DNA from: Phoronis australis
Taxonomy: Eukaryota > Animalia > Phoronida
DNA: 64,000 nt
Assembly: GCA_002633005.1 (NCBI GenBank)
Contig: NMRA01000032.1
Coordinates: 1,096,911 to 1,160,910, forward strand
Direction of reading: 5' to 3'
In this document: in pieces, positions 38,901-53,900 of the stretch
How positions within the stretch are numbered: position 1 is the first letter of the stretch
Layout of the letters: each line of letters starts with the position of its first letter
Notes under the pieces: model-generated
Seen by the model: the letters and a program-made list of their open reading frames with translations, nothing else
Databases searched by the model: none
What the model was told of the DNA's origin: nothing
Program-made: the position numbers and the translations under genes

Positions 38901-41900
38901 ACAGGCTCTCAGCAAACATCAAGCTCTGCAGCGTGAAATGGCCGTCAAGCTTGAGCTCGTGAAATCGGCCATTATTCGTCAAAACACGAAATATGGCGGC
39001 GCCAACAATGTTCCGTCGGCATCACGTGACCAAGTGCAGTCTCTGAGGATGCTGGAGGCACAAGTGCTGACGGCGCTGGAAATGAAGGAACAAGAGCTTA
39101 AGATGGTGCAAAGACAGTACGACGAGTTTGACGATACGCTGAAGCTTCTGGGCAAGTGGATAGATGGCGCCAACAAGAGGCTGCAGGAACAGGTGGAGGA
39201 TGTTGATGTTAGCAAGGACAAACATCAGGTAGGCTTTAGTTGGTCATACTGACTGTGGTGGCGGCGGCGGCGGCATGAATGTCAATTAGTTACACATCCT
39301 GAGTGTTTCAGACGTCTAAACCATTGTCTTTCTTCAGCTATTTCTCGTAAAACTTATCGCCAAAATTTTCAGTTTTCAATTTTTTTAAGGTTGATTTCCT
39401 TGCCGCAATTAATGGAAACTTAACCAAGTGTTGTTATATGACATGTACACAGTATAAACAAGTATAAACAACTGACTATAATTTTTTTATTACAAAATGG
39501 TATTTCACTTTTCCACCTTGTTGTGTGCTTAATTGGTGAAGAATTACTGTATAAGCCTCAGATGTCCAAACAAATGTACAGACTGGTCATTTCAATGAAC
39601 AGCATCTATCACTGGCTTGTTATTGATATAAAGCTTGTGTGCAATTAGTATTTGTTTTGAATCAGCCAAGTGTCTTGTGTGGTTTTTAAACTGTGTCAAT
39701 CCAGTTAAAAACATGTCTGACTTAATTATGTGGTGAAAAGTACAGTTTAATATCATCTTGTGGTTTATGTTTTAGGAACTTTGTGATGAATTCCTAGCGT
39801 TCAGCGCCAAGAAAGCACAGCTCAGTCAAACATGTGCGGAACTCGTTGAGGACATTGATGATCATCATGAAAAAGACGTTCTCTTGGATAAAATGGCCGC
39901 TCTTAACCAACGCTGGAGGGATGTGCAGCATCACATCCAGTCAAAGAATCAACAACTGGAAGAGGCAGCGGAGTTGTGGGATACATTTGATGACACTCTG
40001 CACTTTGTCACGTCGTGGATGGACCAGTGTAATGAAGTGTTGAAATCAGAACTAGTCTGGACCAATCTTGCTAGGGTGAAGGAACAGAGTGCTCAGTGTG
40101 AGGTAGGGAGGGTGTGGCAGCCTGGTGGTGGAGCTGTGATGTGTCGTTTTAAGTTCAATTTGAGAGATTTGGCATCGCTATGTGTTGTCCATGTTTGTTA
40201 GCTTCTCTTGTAGTGCCTGTTATGGGCATTAAGTTTCTCTGTCTGTGCTTGAAAACAAGAAGAGACTTCAGTTCCATGTGACTATTTTGTAGTGAATTTT
40301 GAATGGAAATCTTCCATGATTAAATATATCTAGTATTATATGTGCTATCTCTTAACTGCGTTTCATGAGTCAGAGCCCATGGACGGGTAATGAAGAACCT
40401 TTTTCATTGAAATTGTTACAGGCTCTTGTCAGCGGAATGGATGAGTTTGAGTCTAAACTTGACAAGATGAATGACACCGTTCTACAACTCGCTGAAGTCT
40501 GTGAGGCATCTCGTGCCACAGAAAAGTATGGCGAACTCAAAGAAGAGTGGATGACGGCTAAGCCGGAGCTGAATAAGCGTCATGCAGCACTGGCAGAGAC
40601 AGCTGAACAGTGGGAGAGCTACGAGGAAGAAATGGCCAGTTTAGCACAGTGGATGGAGGACACTAAGAACTTAATGACCAGGAGAGACTCAACATTGACA
40701 CTGAAGGAACAGTTGGCAGCACAGGAGGTCAGTTGGTGATGCATGGCGTCCTCTTTGCTTAACAGTATATTATCAATGGTGAAAATTCTAATTTCAGACA
40801 AAAACAATTGCTAGAATAGGCATTTTTCAATTTTTCAGGTGAATATCTGTGTAGCTGCACGCGCTAGAAATTTCACCAAAATGTTGTTTAGTGACAATTG
40901 TGCGATATAGAAGACCACTCTAATAGTGAAGTAGAATTTCTGTAGGAGTTATTTTTGTTGAGGATTCTGACAATATGAAATTTCACTTGTCTGCAACATT
41001 GTGTCCTAAACTGAAGAATGTTGACAGAGTGCTCTCAAAGGACCTGTTGCTGTATTTTTGTTTTGAACTTTTTGTAGCTTTATGTGAACCTCAGTTTCAG
41101 TTAAAAGCTTATAATCAACATTTATTTCAATTTGTATCATTTGTTTTACAATCATCTGCCAAGTCTTCTCAATTGTAGAAACTTATGGGAGACATTCAGA
41201 GCCACCATTCTAAAGTCCGTGCAGTTCTTGCTGAGCACAGCGAACTGTGTTCCATCGCTGGCGACCACAGTCCAACTCACGGTAGCAAATTGGCCGGGGA
41301 GATTGGAAGGATAGAAGAGGCAGCGAAGACCCAGCACGACACGCTTGTTAGAGCCATCAGGCAACAGGAACGATACGACCAGGAAGTCACAGAGCTGGCG
41401 GCGCTTATCCATGACGCTCAAGAACAGTTGGCAGCCAAGCCAGTGGTGGCAGCCAGTAGTATTGAGGATGTCAAGCAACAAATGGTTGAACATAATGTAT
41501 GTTGTGATTGGGTGATGACACTTCCTGTTGTGCTGGCAGCCATCTTGAATTATATATTTTTTGTTGGCTGGCAGTGGTTTGAGCAACAAACAGTGCATTG
41601 TGTTTAGATTTACTAATAAGTACCCTCTTGACTCGATTATTCTGTGTAATTTGAGAACTTTATTTTTCTTCAAATATTAACTCATTAATCTTTTTTGTGA
41701 TTTCTGGTTTCTGATTGAGCTTTAATACATAATTTTATAAAGCACTGTTTACACTTAGTTTCAATTTCAGCAGCTACTGCAGCATGATTTGATCATGCTT
41801 TTCCGAATTCAATGATTCTTCACGTGTATATTACACAAACTTGCTGACAATATATAATGTTGATTTCTTATTTTAACACATTCTAACACTTTGTATTGAT

Positions 41901-44900
41901 GGCAGGTGATGATTTCTTTTGCTTTATTTCACAACTGTTTTCAGACCCTATGACACTCACGTGCGATTAAGCATTTTCGTTTAACCCATCTTATCTTGCC
42001 TTGTCTGTCGGGCAGTTTCTTACTTGAAATGGAGTGATGATTAAGGGTTTGAAAACCTCTGTCACTGAGTATATAGGCATAGTCATAACTCTTGTAATAG
42101 TTGCTTAAATTATTACATGCTAATCATATCTTTTAACTGTTATTAATGTTGGACCCAACTGCTTCAGCTTTCATTCATTTGGTAGTTGCCATTAATTAGT
42201 TGTTTTCATGGTTCTGCTTAGTGCTTAGTTAAAATGTCGGAAGATGGAGTCCCTCAACCCCATAGTTTTAATAGCAGCATGTCTGCTGGAGATTGGATCC
42301 CGACACTGTAGTCATGATAACACTATAACTATGTATGGAGTTAGGTCTCCTGTACCCCATATTTCATGTACTAACCTACGCGTAAATGCAATGCATGAGT
42401 GTTATTATTCAATCCCCCAAATTGCTTGTTTGGGCTGCGTTACGTTAATCATTTTATTGCTTACATATTCCTTTTGAGTCTCCAAATAATAGCATGGACC
42501 ATGACCTTACTTTCGTTATTCCAGCTAATGTTTAAATTCTCTGGATCAAGCTTCCAGTGACACTGCATGCTTACAGCACTGGTTAATGGTGAATGAATAA
42601 TTCCTCTTATTATGGCCCCATCAACTTGACTCAATTTTGGCCTCTTCTGATTACAATTGTGAGTTGCTTCTTGTCCTCTTAAATGCATTTAGCAGTTGTG
42701 GCTTTGCGGTAAGCAAGTATGTGCTTGTGTGAAGCTACTCGCAAAGTGTTGCATCAAAGCTATCATTTCAGGCATTGGCAGCAAAGATAAGATCCTATCA
42801 AGTGCGCATCGATGATATCAATGCCCTGAGTAAAAAACTGAACGAGAAAATGGCACGACTGAAGAGTCCTCGACAACAGCGAAAAATTGTTGGCCCTGAG
42901 TCTGAACTGAGTTATACCACTGAGGGATCCGAGGGGGCCGAGTCGCTGGCACCTGTTTCATACCACGGGAGCTCAGATTCCGTGTTTGTCAACCAGATGT
43001 CTCCGCTGGCCCCTCATCCGTTGGTCTTGGACATTGGAGAGAGGAAAGACAGTGGATTCATGTCCCCTGATGGCTCCATTACAACCCCCATCATGCCAAC
43101 AGATGGCAGCAGTACTGCTAGCACAGTACGGCCTTATAGTCCATCTAAAACACGTCAGTTGTCAGGTGACGATACGAACGTAGGAGCAAGACCTAGAAGT
43201 GATACAAGAGACACTGTAGACTCAAGCAAGACTGTGAGTGAAGAGGAAATATCTCCACTGAAGTTACGGAAGAAAGAACTGGGGCCTTTGACAATGGACG
43301 TGGATCAGCAAAAGAAGACTGGTGCTGAGGGAGATAGAAAGAGAGAAAGTACCGGTAGCCCGAGTTCACCTGTTTATCGTGATGATGGTGATGGTGAAAG
43401 TCATGTTGTGGGAGAAGATGAGATAACACCTCGTAAAGTGAAGAAAAGACAGGCATCTCCAGGTGAGCGCATGAAAGCAACCCTGGCTACAAGGGAGACC
43501 AGCCCAGATGCAACCATGACAGTGTCTGGTGATGAGGGTGAATCTGGAAGACCCATTGGTGAAGAAGTGGTCACGGCTCAATGCAAACAGCTGGGTCCTC
43601 TCTCCATACAAATTGAAGAGATGGGACCATTGATGTTCAGAGAGGCTGACAGTCCTGGTGAAGCCAGACCAAGAACTAGCACCGTAGATACTGTGGACTC
43701 TGCCCATACTGTCAGTGAAGACATTATTTCCCCGTCTTCTCTTCCTAAGAAAAAGCTCAGTCCCATCGGTATACAACTGGACCAGCTGAGTCCTAGCAGT
43801 TCTGCTCAAGGTCAAGGACAGGAGAGCCCCGGGAGCATCGCGTCTGACTTGACTGATGAACTGTTAGCGGCTACTCTGGACGAGATAGGAGACCATAGTG
43901 AGGATGAGCTTGGTACGATGTCTCAGCCACAACCCAGCTATGCACATGTACAACAGTCGCCCTTGCCTGAGGTGAAGACATCCACGACTTCGTTTTCACC
44001 TTACCCTAGGACAGAAGGTTCTCAGCCACAACCCATCTACGTACAAAAACAACAGTCGCCCATGCCCGAGATGAAGACATCCCTGGCTTCATCGTTACCA
44101 TCCCCTAGAACTGAAGGTTCACTGCAGGTTAGGAGATATAACTCTTGTCTTTTTCATGCTCTTCCAAAGTTCAGAAATACTCGGAACCTTGGAAGCAGTT
44201 GATACCAATTTTGTAGCGTTAAATGGTCAAATTTGAAAGTTGGTATCTTAAGGGTTGAAATACTGCTGATAATCATTGCATACCATTACAGGTTGACTGG
44301 TGTTCTGCGTTTAGTTTTGTCATTAATGGTTTAGTAATACCATAGTGGAGTAGCTGTATTGCCTTCTTTTATCTGTCATTAGACCTGCAGTAGCTGTGTG
44401 GGATTTCTGGATTTTTGGGGTGGTTTGGCTGTGCGCTAGATTCTGTTATTGATCCCGAGTGTAGCATAGCTGGTGTAAATGTGCCGACCTCTATCTATTT
44501 ATATTGTGTAGCTGAACACTTGTCCATAAGGGGCATATTAAGAAGTGCTAGCATAAACATCTGGTGTGGGTTTTGAGTACCCCATTCTATTTCAGTCCCC
44601 CAGTGACATCAGTTTGCCCCTGGCTAGCCCTCTGCTGAGAGACCACAGCCCAACAAGTGGCAGTCCTGCACTGTCTGTGGGATCAAGACCAGCCAGCATC
44701 AATGACTTAAACCAGTCGTGGAATAGTCTACAATTGCAGGTGAGGGGGGGGGCTTGTGAATAAGGAGTTTTTATCTTGGGGGTGATCTAATTATTGATTA
44801 TGAATTAATATCTTATCAGTGAGATGTTTACAGAGCATTTCTCTTGGGATGTGAGGACGCTTGCTGGAAATCTCATGAAGGAGATATAGGCATAGATTAG

Positions 44901-47900
44901 ACATGAATTCTTCTTTCATTGTTCAGTTTCAGAAATATTGATAATTTCATGCTATTTTTTGTGCACGTGGTTTCATTGTCAATGTTTTCTGTATTCCAGC
45001 TTGGTAACAAGGAGCGGGAGTTAAAGGCGGCCCTCCAGAGACAGGAAGACTATCAGCAGGCACTACAAGATGTCAGCTCTCGCCTAGAGCAGGCAAGGGG
45101 TGATGTGGAGCAAGCACCCTCTGTGGAGAATGTGGAGGCACAGCTGCGCAACCATGAGGTGAGGATAATGGCAAACGACGTTTATGTTGTGGCTCTATGA
45201 CTCTGAAGTGATTGGTACGATGGACACTCACCGATTTTGGACATTATGGGGAAGACACGTGAAATTTTTTTTTTCGTATAGGATGAGTAGCACCAAATAC
45301 TTTCTACCTTATAACTTGTGGGCATTGACTCTTAAATTTTGAAATTAAGAAAGAACAATATTGGCATTTTTTGGCCAAAAGTGGTGATTTTATGTTTAAT
45401 TCTTGTTACAGTTTTAGAAGCTACTCTTAATGAAATGTCGGTGAAATCCTCTATTGCAAGTATGTTGCCAAAATCTTCATTATTGCTGTTCTAAAATCAC
45501 ATCCCCATTGTGTTATAGGCGATGATGAAAGCCATCTCTGGTCTGAAGGCTGACATTGCTCACATGAAAGAGAGTGGTAGCCGAATGGTGCCTGAGACGG
45601 ACCAAGATGGACAGAAGGCAATGCAGGCTACACTGGGGGTACTCTCTGATAAAGTCGACACTTTGTCTGCACAGGCAGAAAACAAGGAGAAGTTATTAGA
45701 GGTTAGCAGCAGGCATAAACCTTGGTATACAATGTTTGTCATAAATTTGTGTTAATGAAGATTTCGACTGCTCTGGGTTGACCAAACTGTGCCCTTTTAG
45801 GCACATTTGTTGTGACAATGGTTGTTTTATTGATGTATTAGGATTTCTGGGGTTCTGTGCAACGGGTCCTGATGAGTGGCCTGCGCATGGCTGATGCTAC
45901 ATGGATCAGACCCATGTATTTTGTTTTGTATACAGATATCGTTCAGAGGAGGATGAAACTGCATAGATTGGCTGGTTTTGTGTTGATGTTTGAGTTTATT
46001 ATCGTTGATAGGGCATAATGTCTAACTTTTGGAGTGTTTAATGTAGGTTTAATATAGTCAAAATCAGGTGATGTGCAAACTTTTGTAGTCCTACGATCTA
46101 TAATCTCCCAAATCAGACTCAACTCAGATTCAGACTCAGACTTGAATCTAACCAACCAAGTGTCATGATTAAAGTAGTACATCTTTGTAAGTTGGGTTTG
46201 TAACTTGTTTTATTTAGTGGCCTAGGTTTTACTGAGTTCACACGTCCTTTTGTTTTCAGTCACTGAAGAAAGATAAGGAACAGCACAGTGAGGTACTTGA
46301 TAAATACAACCGTAAGATGGACGACTTGAAGAACTGGGTGGCTGAGAAGAAGGAGACGCAGCCATTAGAAATACAAGATGTAGATACTGAGAGTTTGGAC
46401 AGACGCACACTGGAGAATAAGGTATTTTTGTAGTTTTTAGAAGCTTTTATTGGGGAAATCTCGATCAGCGATCAGTTCTTCCTACTATTACAACTAAGTC
46501 TATTTACATATTTTAAGTTATCGGTTATAATTTCTCTTAAAAAGTTAAAACCTCGGATTTTGCGTTGATCACTTAGAGCATGATGTGTAAGACAAATAGT
46601 GCAGATGGGAAAAAATTGTCAGTATCAACTACTAGTCGACACTAACAAATAGTTAAGTGTAGATTTGCAGACATCGACTACTGATGGATATTAATTAGCA
46701 TGCTTTTAACCACATAGTCCATGATGCAAAGGCTGCTCACGTATATTGTGCTTATCAGGCTCTTCAGACTGAGATGAATGAGCAAATGAAGGAGCTAGCT
46801 GACTTGGGTGTTCAGTGTGATATATTATGTGATATGGAACCAGTGGAGAGAGCCGAGGTGCTGAGGTCACAGTTGACAGCACTGCAGAGCGAGATAACCG
46901 ACCTCAAGTTGACGGCTCTGGAAAACCAAGGTACGAATAGGGTGTTGGATTGTGCAAGAATTTAAGGACCATATGTGTAAGATTCGTCGCTGAATTGAAC
47001 AGTAATATTGTTGATCACTTTTTTTGAAATTGTTCTAGAAATATTAGGTCTGGCCTGGCAACAACTTAGTTCTGTTAGTTTAGACAACATTAAGGAACAC
47101 CTTTTTTGAGCGTGGTATTGATTGCCAACCTGAGATTCACGTCATGTAGTCCAAGCTCATATTACGGGTGGATGCTCATCTATGACTCTGTCTCTTGAAA
47201 ATGTATAATATTTAGTTTTCTAACGGTTGTATTGCATGCCATGCAGTCTGATCTTGTCTTCCTCGGGTAGCATGCGTCAAGTTTATACCAGTGGATCAAA
47301 AAGAAAACTGTAAATTGTAAGTTGGACATGACAGCAGTACTATAAGCTCTTCCATGAAATTCCAAAATTTGTCATTTGTATTCACCACAACCAAAATGGG
47401 AAAGAAAACTGTCCAGTCATATTCTGGTTCACTGTCGTTTTCATAAGTTAGACTTATTAGTTAAAGTAGATAAAATTAAAGTACAATTCAGAAATTCCTG
47501 ACCTCGAAGTTTGGAGATTTTTCTGGAATTTTTTTGTTGTAGTGATAGGAGTCTGCTTTTTGACTTTCACGTAAGATGCATATCTTATTGACTGTATATC
47601 GTTTTGACATTAGGCAAACTTAGAGATGCAGCAAGAGAGGCAGAACGCCACCAGGACTCTGAGTCCACAACTTCAGAGTCTACTGAATGGATACCAGACA
47701 CCCGTGCCACCATGTCCACTCCTATGTTGGCTGAACTCAGCAGTAAGAAGGCCGCGGAACAGAACGAGGTTCAACAAGGACTCGAATCTGATTTGACCGC
47801 TCACACAAAGCTGATGCGATCGCTGTCCATAGACACCCAAGCTCAAGACATCCCGAGTGGATTGGCCTCTCCAAATGTTCAGGCAGGGTGGCAGAATTTG

Positions 47901-50900
47901 TCTCGACGCGCCTGTGAGAAGAAGCTGCAGGTACAAGAAGCTATTGAGAAACCACCGAAGATAGAGAGAAAGACATCAGTCTACGAGCCAGTCATCATGC
48001 CTACTGAAGTAGTGAAACAGTCTGTCAGCGATGTGCTGGCCTCGTTAGAAAATGTTAAGCAGATTCCACCACACTGCAAGAACACGTTGAAAACCCAGAA
48101 GGGGACCCTCCAACAGAAGTATCAATCTTCAATGGAGGAGGTCACATCATGGTTGGACAATGTGGAGGCTGTCATGTTCACTGTAGATGCTGATAAGAGT
48201 CCGGAGGAACAGTTGGAAGATGGCGCAAACATATTGCAGAACTTGCAGGCAATGAAAAGCCAGGTTGAACAGTTGAAGGAGATGTGCCCACAGGTACTGC
48301 AGTATACGGAGGCGGAGGCGAGGCCACTGGTACGACAGTCGCTGGCAGATGTGGAAGAGAGGCTGAAGACAATGGAGATGCAGTCACGGCAACACCAGAG
48401 GGAGCTGGAAGGACACAACCAGAGCTGGTTGGAGTATCAGGTGGGTGGAATGTTTATGGGTTTGCACTCTGTTTTTTTCTTTTTTCATGCATTTATTCTT
48501 AGTGAATGTTGAACACATTACCAGAAATTACCATATTTGGCACATGACTATATTTTGTATCAGGTGGTAGTAATAGTCTGCTATGAGATTGCAGGATTTT
48601 GTGCATGTTTTTGGAATAGTATGAGTTGCAGCATAGAACATTCACTGTAATCGTAAGATTAAAGGTTACCCAATGGTTCAGCTGTTTTTTTGTGAGATTC
48701 GTTCCTATTCCTTTGTCTACAATGACTTCCATGAACCTGAACAAGTGGTTCATTTGTCAGAGTTCCTTGTTAGTCTCACCATCACTGCTAAATAATCACG
48801 TTTCAACATTCACATTCCAGACTGATGTTCAGTCACTGCAATCTAAGTTAGTGGATGCTCAGCAACTCCTCCAATCACTTCCACAGGAGAGTTTAGATGT
48901 GCAATTGAATTCCACAAAGGTTGGTACCTAAGTATTTTCACCTCAGATGGTTTCGTCTAGCATCATTGTTTTCTCTGCCACTTAACTGTGTGCCTTCTAT
49001 ATGTGCCTTGCTTCACCCAGTAACAGAATTAAGCTTGATTGTTTCTCAATTTATTGAGAAATTGTGGCAGGACTGGGAAACTACAAAGGGGCTGGACTAC
49101 AGTGTTTACTGGTTATGTGTTTACAATAGCCTAGAAAGCTTATTTCTTGGGTCATGACTGGATCGGTCCAGGTCCCTTCTAAATTCACTCATCAGAAAAA
49201 CACCTTAAATGTTACAAAGAGTGTCTTTTGGTGTCCTCTCATGTCTTTTCAGCATAATGTTATTGTAACTGTCATGTTTTAAGTATTAAGCATTTGCAAT
49301 GAACTGAATAAATTTCTATGGACAATTTCATTGACTCAATTTAGTGTGTTATTTATGGAATTAAAGGTATCATCGTTCTTTATGTAGAATCTTGAGCAGA
49401 CTCTGAAAGTGTACGAATCCCAATTGATGAAGTTGTCTAGAAGAGTGGAGGAAATGCGTGGTGAATACATGACAGCCTTGCCAGCTGATCTCACTGACCT
49501 TCAGTGTCTCTGGCAGGAACTGGCAGCCGAGGTTAGTTGATTTGTATATTCCATGGTCGTCCATGGGTCTTGGCAGTAGAAACTTGACTGTTTTTGTCAC
49601 AAAATTGTAGTTGCACTTTTTTATTTTGTTATGTTTTTATTTTGTTATGTTTTGTAAGATGGTGTGGTGTATATTCGGTTTTATTTCACACACTGTGGGA
49701 AAAATATTTAATTTATTTTCTGCGAAATCAGTGGAGAATTACCGTTAGTGAATACTTGATTCAACTTCCTCTTGTACATTTAGGTCAATGAACAAAAAGC
49801 TGCACAGCATAGTGCTACCACTAATCAGAGTCAGTATGAGAAGATGGTAGAGGAATATGCAGAGTTCCTAGAGACTGCTGAGCAGAAGCTGAAGACAGAC
49901 TCTATGGCGGCGAACAGCTTGCCTCATCTTAAGGAGCAACTGAAAACCCACAAGAACTTCTTCGCAGGGCTAGAGAGCCACAAGGCAACCCTCGATGCTC
50001 TGTCGCAAAAGGTCGACCCATTGACCAAGAAGAGATTCCAGCCGTTACACGACCGGTTACATGGATTGACTGTAATTGTTCAAGACCGTGCCAGTCTGAA
50101 GGGTCAGCGGATGGAACGGGCCGTCCAGCAGTGGCAACAGTTTGATGACCAGTTCTGCAAGTGTCAACGGTTGTTGCAGAACCTTGAGAAACAGATTCCA
50201 AAATTGGATGATGTTCAGTCCTTAGATGAGATCAGACAGGCTATTGATAATTATCACAGTCTACAATCACAACTGAATGAAGAGAAACCGACAATGTATC
50301 AAACTGTGGATAAAGGCAGGCAACTGTTGAGTGCTGTCTGCTGCCCTTCTGTGGAGACGTCTGTTACTGAGTTTGCAGAGAAATGGGTCAACTTGAACAA
50401 TGAAGCATCACACCAAGTACAGAGGTTAGTTCTTCTGGTGCAAACCTCTCAAAGTTGGAGAACCTTATTTTACCTGGATTATTGGTTTGTTTTGAATTCT
50501 TTGGAATTGAAACTGGATGAGACTCCACACGCACTGAGGTCGTTTATATTCGATTGCCAGTTTTTTAAGACTTCTGGGATACCAACAAAGTTGTTGTGAT
50601 TGTTGTTAGAGAATGCAAGTGTACATGGCTTTGAGGTTTTTTGTAACCAAATGAAGGATCCTTCTTCATTTCAATGTGTAACATACAAAAATCAGATTGA
50701 TTTGAACTTCAGTCATTCTATTCGCCAAACGGGTTTCCAGCAACTTAAGAAACATGGTCTTAGTGTACTCTGATGTAATGCAATTAATAGCCTGAGTGTA
50801 CAAATCTGCAATGAATGTTATGGAGTGGTGTTTGTGCCAACTACAAGATTCAAACGTAATGATTTAGCCAAATGTGCAACCACTGTACCACCAACTGTTT

Positions 50901-53900
50901 GTAGTCAAAAGCTTTTGCAAGGTCTATAAATTGTTTCAAATGAAGAGTGCATGATATTAGAGTTATTTCCACCAATATAACAGGTTTCAAATGTTTTTTT
51001 CTTTGTGTTTAACAGCCTGGAGAATGTGGTTGACCTGTGGGAAAGGTTTGATCTTGATAGTGACCTTCTTGTCAACTGGCTCAGTATGGCTCAGTCTAGA
51101 GTTGACGACATTGGTCAACTCAACGAAGAGGAATTGCAAGATGTTGGCATCATCAGAGAAAAAACCGACAAGTTCCTGGTAGGTGCATTGATTCACTTTA
51201 AAATGTTTTCAATATCTTGTCAACTATGCCAACTATGATTAAATCTCATTTATTTTGGACAAAAATACTTGCCAAAATATTCACAGGCTTTTGACATTGT
51301 TGTGAATGGCCACAGTTGCTTAAAACATTGCCCAATAATAGCTCTAATATTGAATGTTAGACTAATGAAGACTGTAATTTTGTGCTACTTATCTTTGATG
51401 AAAATAACAAAAAAAAATTAAAACTTGTCTGCTATATTGTGTACCATACCATGTCTGTTAAAAGCAACTTGTTAAGTTCTTTTATGCTGTAGGTATTCAT
51501 TAACAAAATTTATCGTAAGTGGATGTACTAGATACTTTATTGTCTGTGAAGGAAGGTGCGTATGGTTTGTTACACGGGCATTACTTGGTAGTTCTTAACA
51601 TTTTATTCTGGGTACGGTTGCATGTGCATGCTTTTCTTCATCAACAGGAGTTCCGTAAGGAAGTTGAAAACCAGGTATCAGTCAAGTCTCGAGTCACCAG
51701 TCTTGGACACCAGTTGTTGCGCTCGCGGAAGTCCGACACGGCCAGGGTTAGATCCAAACTGGAAACCATCGACGACCAGTGGGCGCGGCTCATGTGCTTG
51801 ATCCCTAACCATGAGGAGCAACTCCACTCAGCTCAAATGGACCTTCTACCATCACGACAGGCTTTGTCAGAGCTTCTCATGTGGGTAGAGAGTGTGGAGA
51901 AGGTGTTGGATGAAGATAAGGACAAGGGTGTCACTGGACTGACTGAGACGGAGCTCATGCTGCAGAAGTACAAGGTGGGTTACTTTTATATTGAAGGTTA
52001 TGTAGGACCCTTGATAAAAGTCCAAGTTTGGGTCACTTCAGACATCTCAGAAATGGCTGTTGATATGATTCTATCTCATACTACGCTTTATGCTCTGTTC
52101 TCCAACACACTCTTAGGAATCGTTTTTGAATGTTCCTCTTTTGGGCTATCAAAATGAGTCTCATAAAAAAGTCAAAAATTGCACAAAACGAGAACGAAAT
52201 GATAATTTAGAGAACTGTAGCATCATTTTTTTTAGATTTCATCTTGTATATGTTATATTGTTTGATAACAAAGTTTGTCCATATTATTGATACGGTAGTT
52301 TTGATATCAATACCTACTTAAAAAGGCATGATCACATGACCATATTAATGGCAGATTGATAAAAAGTCAAAAATCAAATTCTGCAAGCTTTCTACTTACA
52401 GATAATATGCACTTTTAACAAGTTTATCTTTTTTGTTTTATTTTGGCTCAATACACAGACTTGTCAATAATGACCTATATAACTTTAATGTACTTTTCCC
52501 CTGTAAGCCACGCCTGCCACGGTCAATTTCCCAATTTCTGAATGATCCAGTATTCTTTTGGTGTGTGTAGCACAAACCACGAGTTTATTTACTTCATTAA
52601 TTGTTTGCCTTCCAAATATCCCTAACGTGTGTAGATGTCTGTGAATTGGGAAGCATGTCATAGGTATTTTTCTCATAAACAAGCTTGAAGTTTGATATTT
52701 GCTGTAGCTTGTGTTGTAATTAAGGTTGGAAAAGAAAATCTGATGATTATAATGGATAGATTACAAAATATGTCCTGGATCTGAAGTTAAGATATTTCGT
52801 GCAACTTTGTTTGAAATTTTACTCCGCAAATGACATTTTATTTTGTATTTTACTGAAATGTGAAGAAAATTATAATTTTGGCTTCACAAATTTCCACCTC
52901 GTATTTCTTTAAATACAAGTATATTTACGTGGAGAAACTTTTTTGCCACTGAATACAGAGTAATCCCTTAATTTTTGTGATGTGGTTTGTTAGTTTTTTC
53001 AAGTGCCTTCATTACAATTTACTCATTCTTTTCCTGGCTTTTCAGGGTTTCAAAATTGATCTGAACAACAAACAGCTTACCGTCGACTTCGTCAACCAGT
53101 CGGTGCTCCAAATGAGCTCTGAGAAAGCTCGAAGTGACGATAAGACGGATTTTGCCGAGAAGCTTGGTGAGTTGAACAAGAGGTGGAAGCACCTGTCCAA
53201 CAATATCGCAGATAAGATCAAGACATTGGAGGCGCTGCAGACCAAATGGGAGGACTACGACAAGTGTGTGAAGGTGTTGGTCGCTTGGTTTGATGACCAG
53301 GAGAAGAGAGTGAGAAAGTACCACCGGATTGGACACGAGATATCTGTACAACACTCGCTCAAGGAGTGTAAGGTATGTAAACACAGGGTCACTATTTGTG
53401 CTGGGAGGCTATGGAGACTTCTATTTATCCGATGAAGAAAGCAAGGAATCTGGTGCGGCCAACAATTACTGTCCATGGGTTTGTGATGGTTCATTGATCC
53501 AAAAATCGCTGATAGGTTAAAACTGTAATAAGTGATTAATTGGAGGCCTTTGGACAAACAGAAGTATTAGACCTTCATGGACGGTAACTAAATCATATGG
53601 CATTGCCTTGTACAGTTTCTCTAATCTACGGTTAACATGGTCAGCACAGTCTGATATGTTGGCTGCCATGGTTATTGGTTGAGAATTGTGTAACGTAGAG
53701 GTGTCCACTCACAGATCTAGTCTTTGTAATCAGATAATCCGTTTGTGTTTTGATAGAGCCTGGATGGTCTGTTGAAGAAGAAGGAAGATGAGATCGAGAA
53801 CGTGAAGAAGGCAGGCCTGGCGCTGGCCTCAACAGGCCTGAGTTCACCAGACTGTCAGAGGGAGGTGAAGAAGACGGTGGATCAGCTGAACCAACAGTGG

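Noticed and set aside
42244-42716. ATG in good context (MESLNPIVLIAACLL...) and a donor-like gcg|gtaagc at 42709
   Set aside because: No phase-compatible donor follows the ATG, and the 42709 donor leaves a 63-nt intron with a candidate exon that is not a multiple of 3.
43193-43815. Minus-strand ORFs of 60-150 aa here and opposite many other exons
   Set aside because: Antisense shadows of + strand coding exons, with no coherent splice sites or recognisable product.
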